Shown here in pieces: positions 1 to 13,500 of a DNA stretch of 64,000 bases (position 1 is the first letter of the stretch; each line of letters begins with the position of its first letter). A program made the position numbers and the translations under genes. This DNA is from Phoronis australis (Eukaryota > Animalia > Phoronida). The notes under the pieces were generated by a model. The model worked only from the letters and a program-made list of their open reading frames with translations. It had not been told where the DNA came from and ran no database searches. The stretch covers positions 129,402 through 193,401 of the forward strand of contig NMRA01000143.1 in assembly GCA_002633005.1 (NCBI GenBank). Direction: 5' to 3'.

Positions 1-1583
1 ATGCAAGTGAAGAAAATTTTGTGCAGAAATGGTATCCCTCATCCTTTAGTGTGAGAAAAATACATAGAGGTCGTGATATCGGAAGTTTTTAAGATGGCAA
101 ACAAAATGGCCAGCTTAAGCAGTCTTTTCTGTTTTCTGGCATGTTATTTCTTTTGTAACAGCTAAGAATGATAAAAAAGCATGCCATTGATTGAACACTT
201 CTCTTAGGAGGTTATCAACTTAATTAGACCAAATGACCCCAATGTAAAACAAACCTGGCAGACAAAATGACAGATGAAATGGCAATTTGCTGTATACCTT
301 TATTGAAAAAGGTAGTATTGATGTTTTTACATTAAGCAACTGAAAACATCTGAGGTTACAGTCAATAATGAAAACCAAACCAAGATGACTGACAAAATGG
401 CTGCTAAGTCCCAAGACACTAATTTACGCTACATGTATGTACACGTACTCTGTACAATTGATACCTTTATAAGCTTTGAAACAGCAGAAAAAATTTTACA
501 CCTAACTTTAATGGAAAATGGAACTATTTCATGTTTTTAGGGTACTTTAGCATTTATATACTACTGACTGATTTTTATTCTCTGTTTGTATAAATTTAAT
601 GTATTCAATGAAATACATATGTATACTCATTTGCGGTTGGTTGCTATGGTAAGAATATTTCCAAGTAACCGTTACAAAGAAACGGGCCGTCATTTTGGCA
701 CCTTTTGTTCAAAGTAATCAGTGATGCCCATTGGGCTCAGATTAATTTTCATTACTATTAATAAACGCCACACGATTGCGGTTACCATGGTTAGCAGGTT
801 GTCTAGCAACTACTGTCAAAGGGCCTTTTTTCGCAAATTTCTCCTAAAATTACCATTACAATGTTTTCACAAGACTGACAAATTTATGTCACTGAACAGA
901 AAACTTTTCAATACTGCATAAAGACAGTTTCCTAGTAAACGTTGCTAAGAAACTGTTCGGAATTTTGGCAACTCCTGCTAAAAGTGATCAGCATATCCTT
1001 AAATAACAATGCACCAAGCTCATGCTTTGTCACAACCTTTTTTCACATTTCACCATTTTGTACACCGCCTTGAAAAACAATGTTTACGCCATACAGGGAT
1101 GCAGAGAGGTACCATTTATGCAACAAAGCGTTGTCTTTCAATTTTGTCCGGGTCATCCTTAGAATGACTTGTCTAATTTTGGTCGAGTACAGAATCAGGA
1201 TTGTCTGAAATCAACAAAACATGGCGTTTGGTTTCCTTTTAAGAAGCTCTGTCACTTGCTCTTTTGGCCCTCTTCAACTTATCCTCAGAAATCTTTCCCG
1301 AACAATTAAGTAGTCGAATAAGACAGTTGTCTCCAATTTCGTATACGGAAATCGACGGAAGTAGGCAGGCTTTAACAACATAGAACAAATTGACAAAAGG
1401 TGACTGACGCTTGAGACGAGTTGATTGACAGCTCAACTTCAGCTTCAGGTTCGACATTGTGCGACACTGCTGAGTTGTATATGTACATTGCTGAACAATG
1501 GGGCATAAATCATACAACATCAAGGGTGTTAAACCAATCATAAAACAGGGTGCAGTCTATCTCGTGACGTTTGAATGTTACAG

Positions 1584-3300
1584 GCTATGGCAATGCGCCA
1601 CGTGTTCAGAATGCTCGGTTCCTTCGTTACTGGTTATCTCTTCGACAAGTTCCGTCGCCAGCGGGACCTGATAGTGGTGGTGATGGCATTTATCTTTGCT
1701 GCATCACTAATAGTCCAACTATGGGTTACCTCTACAGAGATGCTCGGTGTTTGTTACGCCATCTTTGGTTTTGCAACTGGCGGTCAAATGACTGGTAAGT
1801 TGTTTACCTTTTCAGGATTACTGGATAGCAATCATCCCGATCAACACCCAAAGCAGTACGTAATGTACCAAGTTTAGTAGTTTATCATAGATACAAGTAG
1901 TTAGCATATATTCAGCATCAACTGCCAGCTTACCTAGCAAAAGGTGCACCTCACTTCCTTGTCTGGATTGCTCGACTGGCATCCCACAATTCTGTGCATA
2001 TCCACGTATCGGTTTTCGCTTTCCGTAAAAGGTTGAATTGAACCCAGGAAACCGTACATACACTGAATCATCATTCAGTCATTATTCTAATCTTAAAATT
2101 GTACATCGGGACCCTGTGGCATGAAGATTGTGACGTCGTATTTTCACACTTCTCCAGGGGATAAGCATTAAATTTTATGCGCTATAGCAACCCAGGCAGT
2201 TACTCAATCTGTCGTTCAGTAGTAACATTACCAATGAATAGCTGATCCCAGCTTACTTCATTGCAGCAATCGTCGCAACAACACTGAACATCTGGCATGA
2301 TAAAGCCAACACGTACTTGCTGCTGGTTTACATGGGACCGCCGCTTGGACGATTCCTCACCCCATTATTCACTGTGCCCTTCCTTGGATCAGCCAGCAGC
2401 AGCAGGCATCACGTGTCTAATGCATCACTTCCAAGTACATCAAGAAACATTTCTAGCGAATGGATACCGTCAAGGATTGAAGTACCCTTCGCCATAATTA
2501 GTGGAGCTCTGTTGGTCTACGGTTTACCTTTTATATGGTTTTATGTAACAAGCCGGAAAAATATCACTGAAAGGACCGAAGAAAAGAGAAAATCTTTGAA
2601 AGAGACCCTTGACCCAGGAACATGTGCTGACGGCAAACGTTTCTTTGGGTTATTTATGGGTGTAGGAGTGGTTCTTTATTTCACTTGCATCAGGGGTCAA
2701 GATGAACCAATCTCGTCCTATACATACACGTATGTCATAACAGGCGGCTTAGATGTGTCTACAACAGAGGCCGCTTGGCTCGATTCGATGCAAGGAATCT
2801 GTCTCTCAGTAAGCCGAGGAATTACCGCCATTTTGGGCAAATGCATCCCCATAAGATATCTAGTGCTACCCAGTCTCGTACTTTCTAATGGTGCGGCCAT
2901 CGGTCTGTGTCGATTTGGCACGGAAAGCAGAGCACTTTTATGGACGTTTTTGGTTTTAAACGCAACCACAGTCAATGCTGCATGGCCTGGAGCAATTGCG
3001 TGGGTTGACCGATATGTCGAGACTACGGGCATCATGTCCGGATTTCCGGAAGCAGGAATTGGTCTGGGCGGATTCCTGTCACAGATCATTGTCGGTTGGA
3101 CTCTTGAGAATTACTCCGTTGTTTATGTGATGTATGTTAGTCTGATATTCGGGGGCGGAAGTACTACTGTAATGGTGGCCATGCATTCAGTTGCCTGTTT
3201 CTATGGCGACCGGTATAAGAGACGGTCACGTGAAGAGGTTACTGATGAGGTTGTCGTAAGAGCTGAAACTAAGATTGACGATGATGGCCGATTGTGTTGA
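1584..3300 (+). CDS. MFSD4-like / sodium-dependent glucose transporter 1-like MFS transporter (5'-incomplete; exons 1584-1794 and 2267-3300)
   Basis: Acceptor TTACAG|1584, donor 1794|GTAAGT and acceptor TTGCAG|2267 join in phase 1, giving ...LGSFVTGYLFDKF...GFATGGQMTAIVATTLNIWHDKANTY...LGRFLTPLF... The protein has many hydrophobic TM segments plus 'E..ISSYTYTY', 'SRGITAILGKCIP' and 'WPGAIAWVDRY', resembling MFSD4-family motifs. The N-terminal exon(s) were not identified. Confidence 0.8.
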
Positions 3301-4574
3301 GTCTTTTTTCTGATGTTTGTGGTATATGAAGAATGTAATGAGAATCATCGAGGGCGTCGGTACGTGCACACTAAACAAAATATTTGCCTACTTGTAGCAC
3401 GGGTACGTTTTCTTCCCAAGGCAATTGAACGACCGATGACTAACGAACGTCGGGCAACGTTTCGTCGTATGTCCGACTGGAGCCGCTGCGAAAGTCTCCC
3501 GGGTAGTTCGCAAAGACGAATTTTTGATCGAATCCCTGCTATGAAAGGGACATTCTCGGCGAGAAAAGTAATTTTTCATAAATTAGCTGTAGCACTGAGT
3601 CGAACCTACTCTCTCCACGCGTTAAATATTATTAAACGTATTCCAATGAGGGTCACTTCAGACTCCCTCTTACAACACTTTCGAAGTCCAATGTTGAATG
3701 AGGGCGCTGTGGTTTTCAACACAAGTTTCCGAAAGAGCCTCACCATTTTTTCTTAAGCGCCCCCTGTTTTTTTGTCGAGGTAAAATTCTCTTGGAGAAAA
3801 TAGACATTTTTAAGGAGCCTTGGAAATCCCGGCCACCGTCAAGTATAGTTGCAAAATGAGGAAACACAAATTTCGATACGACCACTGGTAATATTGCTGA
3901 TACTACTCAAAAATAAACATCCGAAGTCAAACCTGATTTATTGAAACGTTGCTTTATTAAACACACAACACAAACCGTGACTACGAAGACTAGCTTGATT
4001 GAATGGTTTAATACAGTGGCAGAGTTTAAGGTATGCTGGGGTGTTCCATAAAGATTTGACTGCGTTCCGCCTTCACAAACGGTGCCATGGTGAGGTCTTG
4101 TGTTCTGGAGGAAATCGAAGCACGGACATTGCACCTAGTTTACCTAATAAGGGTTCACTGGTCTTTATCATCGCATACAGATACACCCTTCAATTGTTAA
4201 GGTTTATGTTGAAGCAGTGACATGTATTCTCCTGACCGGTACTTTTGACCACTTGAAGGTCATCCAAAGTCTGTCGAAAATGGAATAAATCGCCATCTTG
4301 TGGCATAACCTCACAGACGATCTTCTATAGTTATATACGAGGAAAACCATCATGAGGTCTTACGAACCTCAGAAGGAATCCCGTTGCGTAGTTCCAGGTT
4401 AGTTCATGACCACAAGGTAAGGCTGAAAATACACTTGATTCTTATCTCGCGAGAGGTTTATTAAAAGAGTTTTTAAAATAGCATTTTGGGAGAGCCTGAT
4501 CAAATATATTCACATTATTGGCTCTCAGGCTAGATTGCAATACTGCGACCAGTTTTCCTTCATTCACCAGGTCT

Positions 4575-7500
4575 TCATCTCGATTTCCCACAGTGCTCTC
4601 TAGCCTGGTTCAGAAGGTCTTTGAAGTTCAAGGCTGCTTCTATGGACAGTTCTCTTACATAACTCGTTGGCTGGATGACTATTCGCGAGTGTCGCGACTT
4701 GTCATCGTAGTTCGCCATTATTACATAGTCGTGACCGATCTTGATTGGCGGACACTTGCAATTCCCGGATGTTCCCATCGACCAAATGAATTCGTCCCTG
4801 AGTAGTGGAAACATTGACTTAAACGTCTGCTCGACTGCCACTTGGTACCTCGTGTTACCCTCCATTTGCCGCTGATGCACGACTTTGCCCTTTAAGACTG
4901 CGGAAACAGGAAGATGAGGACAATGTAGTGTTAATGTATGAAGCAGTGTTTGGCCAAAATAAAGTAATCAAAAAAGAAGTGTTCCCTCCGTTTTCCTGTA
5001 GTCCTAATTTCTATGATTTTAGAAATTAAACATAATCCATACATTCATTAAGAAATTCACGACAATCTGACATATATCTTAAAGGGGCTGTGAACCCCTG
5101 TTTCGTTCAAGAAGCAAGCTTTTGATTTTCATTACTTGTCGCTACGAAATTGATCTCAACTCATTATTCATAAGTGATTCATGGCTTTTTAAAAAAACTG
5201 ACATTTCGTTGAGACAGTGCTTGGAGCAAAGAATGACGCGTGGCAAGCCAACTTGTCTCAGAAGCTGATCTCATGCAGTAACGAACTGTCAGTTATTTGA
5301 AGCTCTAAAATCACCGTGAATTTGACTAGAAACAATTTGAAATCAATTTTGTAACGGTAAATAGTCTAAATCAAATTTGTTTTGTGATGGAAGGCAGGTG
5401 TAGAGTAGCGTTATGGATATTTGACTTGCGGTGAGAGCAAGTGATTTTAGAAAATAACACTAGTAGGAAAACGAAAGTCTCAAAATGGATGGTTCGCAAT
5501 GGTTCACTGTTTCAGAAAGATGATTTCAGTTTGAAATATTACAGGGGTACTATATTCCCTTTTACGACACGGAAAAAGTTCCAACAATGTATTCTCGGCG
5601 TTTTCTTTTCCATTTCCTTGAAAATGAATGTCACGTGCAACTTACTTCGAAAGTCCAAAGTTTGGTCGGATTAGATAAAAGTGAGACTTTAGATGGGACA
5701 GTGCACCTGCTTTGAGATCTGAATTTTAGGTAATGAGTAAAAACGACTGTTTCACGTTACAGCTTTTAACTCATCCCCGTCCTGAACTCACCGAAATCGG
5801 CTTTGCAGAAATGCTTGTAATCCTCTGTGACGTGAGGACATTCCCCTCTGCAGTCGTCTGAAAAAGTAGTCACGCTACTAACTCAAACAGCCTTAAGTCC
5901 AGTTTACACACTCCGCACAGATATGACTTCGTAAACGATCGTCGTGTAGACAAGCGAATGATGCTAAAAATCGCGTAGATGTTGTCACTTAAAATGGAAC
6001 AGTCTACCCAGTTGGATTATACGACATACAAAGTACACGCAGAACCTTAATGTTCATCCTTACCCAATATCAACTTATACTATAAAAGCGTAATTCAAAG
6101 ACGTAGCTTGCATATGGGCACGACAGAAACTGTACACGGACTAACTAGAAAATCCAGATTTGTATCGAATCCAGATTGTCTGCCAATCTCCCTTCAATTT
6201 CAGACGAATGTTAAATACATTTAATGCCTCAGAATCAGACTAGTGCCAACTTGGTCTATATGCGGAGATGTAAAACTGTCACCGGAACAAGCGTCAAGTT
6301 ATAGGCTAACTGATATCTAGGGTATAGCTACGCCCCTACAAACCTACCTATGGGCGGGCCACATAGACACAACGTTGGAATTATGTTTAGACCACAGGCG
6401 TCCTCAGCTTCTGATCGTCCCCAATACACTATATATACCACGTGCCTCGAGTTTGGTCAGCTCTTGGCTCTTATAGGCTGATGATTGTCACGTGTCTTTA
6501 GGGGCGTTTTTCTTTGTTATTGTAACCTCGTTTTCAGTTCACTTCGTTCCCGCCACATTGTTGTACGTCAAAAACTCATTCAATTTTCCCACCCTCTTCC
6601 TCCCAGTTTTCGTACTTCCACGTGGCCGACGCTTTTTATTGCCCATCTTACCAGTGATTACCTATTATACGTTATTTACCTGTATTCGTGTTATTGTAAT
6701 TGTACTAGTCATAATAAATGACCTTATATCGCCTATCTCGGTCTCCTTTTCGTCTCTGGTAACGAGCTTGCGACGCACGTATCATTTATCTATTATTCGG
6801 GACATATGTCGATCATAAATAATACCACAAGGTATGACATTCCGGACTAGAAATTCTACGGGTGCTTCACTTCAGCCGTCCATAACAAACACAAAGCTCA
6901 ATAAATTTACACAAAACAGACGTTCAACGAATTATGAGGAATTGTTCTTTCTCCCAATACCAATTAAAGTGTCCTGCTTCACCGAGTTCGCAAGAAATTC
7001 GTGGTCAAAGCACAAAAATGTTCCCAAAAATCCCACGCATCGAGCCTCCTTGGACGGTTCGATTTGTCCCGGAGTGTCACGACATCGCTAACACCAGACA
7101 CTTCGTTAGCTTCCGTGATGAACTGGCAATTGCCGTCCATCCGTAACTCATCGGATAATTCCGTACCGTCCTTGACCTCGAACCGTCCAAGGAGGCTCGA
7201 TGCGTGTGCTTTTTTGTGTTTTGACCGCGAATTTGTTGCGATCTGGCTGGAGCAGGACACCGTGAATGGTATTAGAAGAAAGAACAATTACTAATGGTTT
7301 GTTGAAACCCTGTTTTGTGTAAATTTATTGAGTTTTGCGTTTGATATGGACGGCTAAAGTGAAGCACCCGTGGAATTTCTGGTCGGGAGTGTCGTACCTT
7401 GTAGTATTTATATAGTGTGTTGTGGACGACCAGAAGCTGAGGACGTCTGTGGTTTAGACAACAAGTTACATTGCTGCTTCGTAAGCATGAATTGTACGGT

Positions 7501-10500
7501 CAATTCAAAACAAGCCGTCGGTCACCAGTGGCGGATTTAGGGGGGGGGCGGGCAAGGGGGCCATGGCCCCCCTAAAATTCTACCAGATACTATTTGGGAG
7601 TTCGGGTGCGCGCAAGCAGGGGCTCGTCGGGGGTGAATAAACAACGCATAGGTCCTGAACAAACTCAACAAACCCCGTTTACCGTTTTATTTTTTAGTCA
7701 ACAGGTCCGCAAGCCCAAACATTCGAGGCCTCTGCGTACCCACATTTTAAGCTGGGCGCGCGCATCTGTCGAAATTCTGGTTATAACCGTGCCCTGGCAC
7801 CCCCTAACTCAAAATCCTGGATCCGCCCCTGGTCACTAGCCAGCAGTCAACTGAACACCGCCTTGTGATCGAGCAGTCTGCTGCCTATTGAGAGATGACG
7901 ACTTATCGAAAAAGAGAGTATTTAAATAAAATAGGCCTACGCAATGCTTTGCGGGTATTTTAGTACTCACTGTTGCGCAGCAGGGGTTGTGGTCGAGATG
8001 AAACACCACTCTGCGGATTTTTGGGGAAACTGCCAAGGCGAGATGTGGTTGGACGGTATCCATTGCCGTTACCTCGTTGCGTCGCCGCTGGAGTTATTTT
8101 TCTGGTTGTGAAAGGTGGGGATCTTGTTCTATCCGTTACAACGGCGATTGGCCTCCAAACGATTGGCGGCTGTGTTGGTCTGTGATGTCGTCTGGTGAGG
8201 AATTGAGTCTGTGGACTCCATCTAGCGGTGGACGATGTAGAGGCTGTCCTAGTGTTTCCCGACGTTGTTGTTCTAATGGTGCTTTGTTTGTTGTTGTACT
8301 TCTGTCCATACTCGGTTGTCCCCACAGTAGAGTACTTCTCCTTCTGCACGTTCTCTTTCGGGTTTACGTTAAGCTCAGGTCTATTATAGTTCGTGTTGAC
8401 GCCATTGTTATTATAGATTGTATTTTTGTCGACTGTGTTGGTGGGCTGCTTGTTGCCACCTACTGAACTGATCGTCTCTTCACCAGCCGAGGTTTGCTCA
8501 CGGTGATTGTCGATCACTTTTACGGTCGCGTGTCCGTGTTGAAGCTCATCGCCAGTGTATTGAAGCGTGGGGATGATTTTCCACGTGGGCTTCGGCGGCG
8601 TTGCCGAAGCTGCGGATTTTTGGGTGGTTTTCGTTCTCCACGTGTTGAAAGCTTTTCGGACAACAACATCATCGTCATCGGCCGTATCGCTAATCGCAGA
8701 TTTCTCGTTATCAACAGCTGTTTGAATAATCTGGTTGAAAATCAAATCTTGGAGACTTGGCCAAAATGATGAAGTCGATTTTGTTGTTCGAACTGCACTC
8801 TGAGTTGACGGCACTTGGGTATTTGTTACTAACCTTGTAGTAACTGGTTTTGGCGCTGGTGTACTTGTTGGTCTCGACGTTGAATGCGTCTGCAAAGTAG
8901 AAGCAAAGCGTTTCAGCTGCTTCCAATTCCATTGGCTGTCCTTCCAATGCTTACGTCATTAGTTACGTAACATCTCCCCACAAGCATGCATATTCAAAAA
9001 AGTCTAAACTGAAAAGGCACGAAACAAGCACTCTTTGTGAAAAAACAAATCTTGATTTAGGCGCCACTTTTAAAATCAGCCTCATCTTGCACGTTACTCA
9101 ACTTTTAATTTCTTGGCATGAGAAGACAGAGCGTCGTGTGCTTCACCGAAAGTGGTTAGGATGGACATCAAAGAAAATTTAGGCGTTTTATTCTAATCAA
9201 TTTCAATAAAAATAAAGTATGAACACGAAGATCTATTTAAGGTGTACAAAATTAATTCAGCTGTGAAAAAAGATGGTGTTTTTAACACCTTTATAACCGC
9301 TTCTGCGACTATGTTTGCGAAACACGAACCCAACGAAATCGGAAACAGAGAACGCGTTAGTCAAGACTTTGAAGACAACGGTGACATTTTAACTCTGATA
9401 TACCTGAGTTACGGAATCCAACGAACGTGGACGATACTTAGGAAATCTTGCATCGTTCTCATACTTGCCCTTAGGTAACCAGAATTCGTACTTGATTCTA
9501 GTATTTGGTTCCCTGAGAAGTACCTTCAAAGACAATATTTAAAATATTTAACCAATGGAATGTTATACGACTGCTCCTGGTGGCGTCTGTTGTGTACAGT
9601 TGGGCGTTTTGAGCTCAACAAGAAAGGAACATGGGTACAGAGTTTTTTAAAATCTAAGAAAATTAGTCATAAAGCATTTTGTATTCGAGTTAAATAATTC
9701 ATTATTTTAGCTAAATGACAAATTTTAAATAATGAGTAATTAGACTTTAAGGGTGAATTGTTTAAAAACAGGCTCATTAAATAATTTCCAAACGCTTGGT
9801 GTCCTTTCAAGATCTCTTTACTTATCAATGATTATTGTCGAGCTTAAAATTTGTTTAAGGTTATCATTAAATATAACCAACAATCTACAAAATTTACGTT
9901 TGGACTGCAGACGAATTTGACATTAATTCGGTCACGTGAACGTGTTTTTGTAAAAGTTTGAAAAAAGAAATTCACATCCCTAACACAGCAACTGTTATCA
10001 AAGCAAAACCAGTTTTCTTTTGATATGAATATTCAAGGTGAAATCTCCAAATGCCGTCGCAGTTTCCGAAATTACCTTTTCTTTTTTGTTAGACCTAATC
10101 CTTGATATTTAATATTTAATTTTCTATAGACTGTTATGCAAAATCGAAAATTTCTAGACCCTTGGTTCAGGTCTCTATCTCTTCAATTCGTTTCAACTGT
10201 AAATTGATAAAGCTTGAAAATGTTTTCAGGTAATCAGTGCAATGGGCTCACCTGAGCCGCCCACCTGTGCGCACTGTAATTAAGTTTCATAGGATTTCAT
10301 AAACAGGGCATCAAAACCAGCTTATCCAAAGCACTGATTGTTCACCTTTCATAAGTTCTCTCATTAAGCGAATTTTATCATGATATTTTGAAGTATAGAA
10401 TGATGTTCTGTGCCAAGTAAAATGAAGTAGAAAACGACATAAAGTAGGCCAAGAAATATAAATTGATGTCATTCACGGTATTCAGCTTCAGACTCAACTA

Positions 10501-13500
10501 TGTTAAGTAATTTTGAAACACTTGGTACCTCATAGAAAAATAAAAATTGAATTGCTTACAAAAATAAAGTCTCAAGGGAAAACACCAAATGCATATACAC
10601 GTGGCTAACACCAGAGTGGAACTAAAGGTTCACGTAATCCATCTTCCATACTTTTCTTTAAGTCATGCGTTGTTGTCTCACCATAGCCACCAAGTCCTCG
10701 GTGGTGGGGCCTCTGGCGTGAATAGTCTCTACGTTGTCCTTCGACCTGTCATAGTAGAACATGGATCCTGCGATGTCTTGAAATCCTGGAAATCCCGACT
10801 TCAACTTTTCCTTGAATACCAGTTCATCTGCCGCTGTCGACAGCGCTGAAATCAAACAAGGCGTAGTTTGTGTAAGAAAAGATCCAACTGCAGACGTCCC
10901 GCTTTCTTTTGCTAATTTTACATCTTCTCATTTATGCGAAGTTAGAGCCACATTTCATCGCTCAGTAGATTTAGCCTTGTTTCCATACTTATGTCCACTA
11001 CTAAGGTTCATGAGCGGGTTTCAGTTATCTTGCAATTGCGCAAACCTTCATATTGGTTTGCCTCAGGTACGAGTTAACGTTGAGGTGCAAATATTTCAGC
11101 TCAGTTTTCTGCATGTACCTAAAAAATTGCTTCCTTTCTCCGTGATGAGGATGTGCCGAGCTCCTTTTGGAATGACTGTAACCCTGTGGTATCTAAACAT
11201 ACCTGAAACAATTAAAACACATTGACACGTGTTGAAGACTCATCAAATGATTCTAAACTGACGTGTAATTTACAACTCTAGACATTCACGTACTGCTCCC
11301 AAGTCATTTGTTTGGGATGACCGCATCCTGCGAATCGAAATCCGATTAGTTATATTCACTGGGCATGGGCGGCATTCCGTAAAGCAGGTTTGTTGCGAGA
11401 AAAGCTACTTCACGTAAATTTCCATGAGATATCGCCGTGTATTAAATGTGATTGTGGCAGCTTTGCTCGCAAGTATCTTTCCGTAAGTTACAGTGTTTAG
11501 ATGTGATAATTAGAGCGACCAAAAGGACAGGTATGTTAAAATCCGGTTATAAGATATAACTATCACTTATTTAGTAGCGTGAAAAAGTCATACCAAGGTT
11601 TTCAGATGTAATTAATAAGACAAAAAATATGTAAATGAATTGACCGTTTAGCGTTATAGAAAAACGCTCTACGCCACAATCCGAAAATCGTTTCGAAAAT
11701 GAGCGTAAAATATTTTAATCATCCATCTTTCAAACTTTGTCACGTGATCTTTTTGTCTTTTAAGTTATTAAGTTTACCATTTTATTTTAAACCAACACCT
11801 GATTTAATTCTGAAAGAGCGCCCGGAGCGAATGTTTTTTATGATAAACCGCTGATGAAAATAAGGGCGCTCTTTTGGAAGAAAAACATTTTGAATGCTAG
11901 GCTTAGCATCTTCATGGTCTCAAACGCAGAAGTTACAAATCAGTCTAAAACTTAGTCTAAAAATGTGAATTGTTGGATAAAATGCATGACTGACGTTTCA
12001 GTATTGAATACCAAAAGGACCTTTTTGAATTCTCCACTACAATAATGCAGAATTCACGGAGCAGATAGCGTGCGCTACCTGGCGGTCACTTACTTGCATG
12101 CGTTGAAACGAAAAGGTACCTAGTGGAATCAATTTATTGGAACGTACCTTTTCCCCGCTGAGCGTAGACGCCTTTGTGAAGGAAACACGTTCTATTCTTG
12201 CCAAAACACACGCCACACATGTCTTCTCCGTAGTGAGATCCAATAAACCCATCACATCCAACTTTCTACAAAAATGCAATTGCACCTCCACCTAATTACT
12301 AGACTAGTATCATAGCATGAGACTAGACGGCTCAGATCTATTCTGGCTCATGATTACTCATAGAAATGACGTCGAGTTACTTAGCAACAAAGTCTGGACC
12401 TCCCAACAAGTGTACAAATTGTTCCCCTTTTTTACTTTTAATTCCACTGCGCTGTCCTCTGTGTCATGGCAGCACATTTACAAGTTTGCTGCTGACATAC
12501 CTGTATACTGCGCTTAAGTTTATTCGTAAATGCGCAGTACTGAAGCGACACCTATCGGGCCATTTAACTCACGCAACTTTCCAAAGGAAGTTGAAGCAAT
12601 CAGTAATTTGACGGTATTGTAGGCTTGCACGAAGCTGATCGCGCGCTGAAGTATGGAGCTAGGCCACATGATTACCTGTGTGCTGAAAACGTGTACCGTG
12701 TAATTTGCTGCATTGAGGGTTAGCCTAAGACCTAGCTATTCACGTCAATCTTAGGTGCGCGCTGGTTAACCATTTGAGCCTCGTGAGTGAGAATAGTGGT
12801 CACTTCGAATTTGAGAACACTTTAGAAAACAATTGTTTGCCAATTATGCTGTTGTTTTGGAAGATGTTTATGTTCTATTATAGAATTTCTAGCAAATTTT
12901 GGCAAAGCTGATCTCGAGTCCTTTTAAGGTAAACGACACTAACTCCAGTTATTGGAAAGCTTCCAAACATTGGTGGAAATTTTTGACGCAATCAAATGAT
13001 TTGAAGGGTAATGGTTTTTGAGAAGTTGACGAAACTAAAAATTTACAATTACATCTGTAACACGCATGGACCTTTTTCATTTCGCGTAGTGATCTATTCA
13101 ATCAAGCGCTTTGGAGACGTAAAAACAGTGACTTTTGTGTACGTACCATACAGCGCCCTCTCACGCAAAGATCATTGGAGTTTGTTGAACAAGGCGTGCC
13201 GTCTATCACGTTTCCGAATGTTTTGGTGAAATCGTAGGGCTCCGCTGTACACGTTAGCTTACATCTACGTTTGTCTGAAATACATAAGTAGATCTCATCA
13301 CTTGCGCATCATCTAATCAGTGTTAAATATTCTAATGCTAGCTGCTGGACAAAACAGAATTTGTCAATTTCAGACATAACGGAGTTCATCCGTCATTTTA
13401 ACATCTCAGTATTAATAACTGATACAAAGTTACCAATGTAATTCTCCTTGGCATGCTGATTGTCGCGGTAAGTTTGTTATGCTTAATCACAGGTTCATGG

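Noticed and set aside
1-1070. Repeated GTTGCTATGG/GTTACCATGG and AAAATGGC motifs resembling RFX and YY1 sites
   Set aside because: Such motifs typify invertebrate repeat families; element ends could not be defined in the window, so neither a regulatory nor a transposon call is supportable.
3313-3756. 147-aa ORF immediately after the MFS stop
   Set aside because: No domain-like features or splice support; lies in the presumed 3' UTR.
9553-9613. Possible extra ADAMTSL5 exon (SKRPTVHNRRHQEQSYNIPL)
   Set aside because: Weak splice sites, only ~30 nt from the next acceptor, and flanking exons already join in frame with a continuous spacer-domain sequence.
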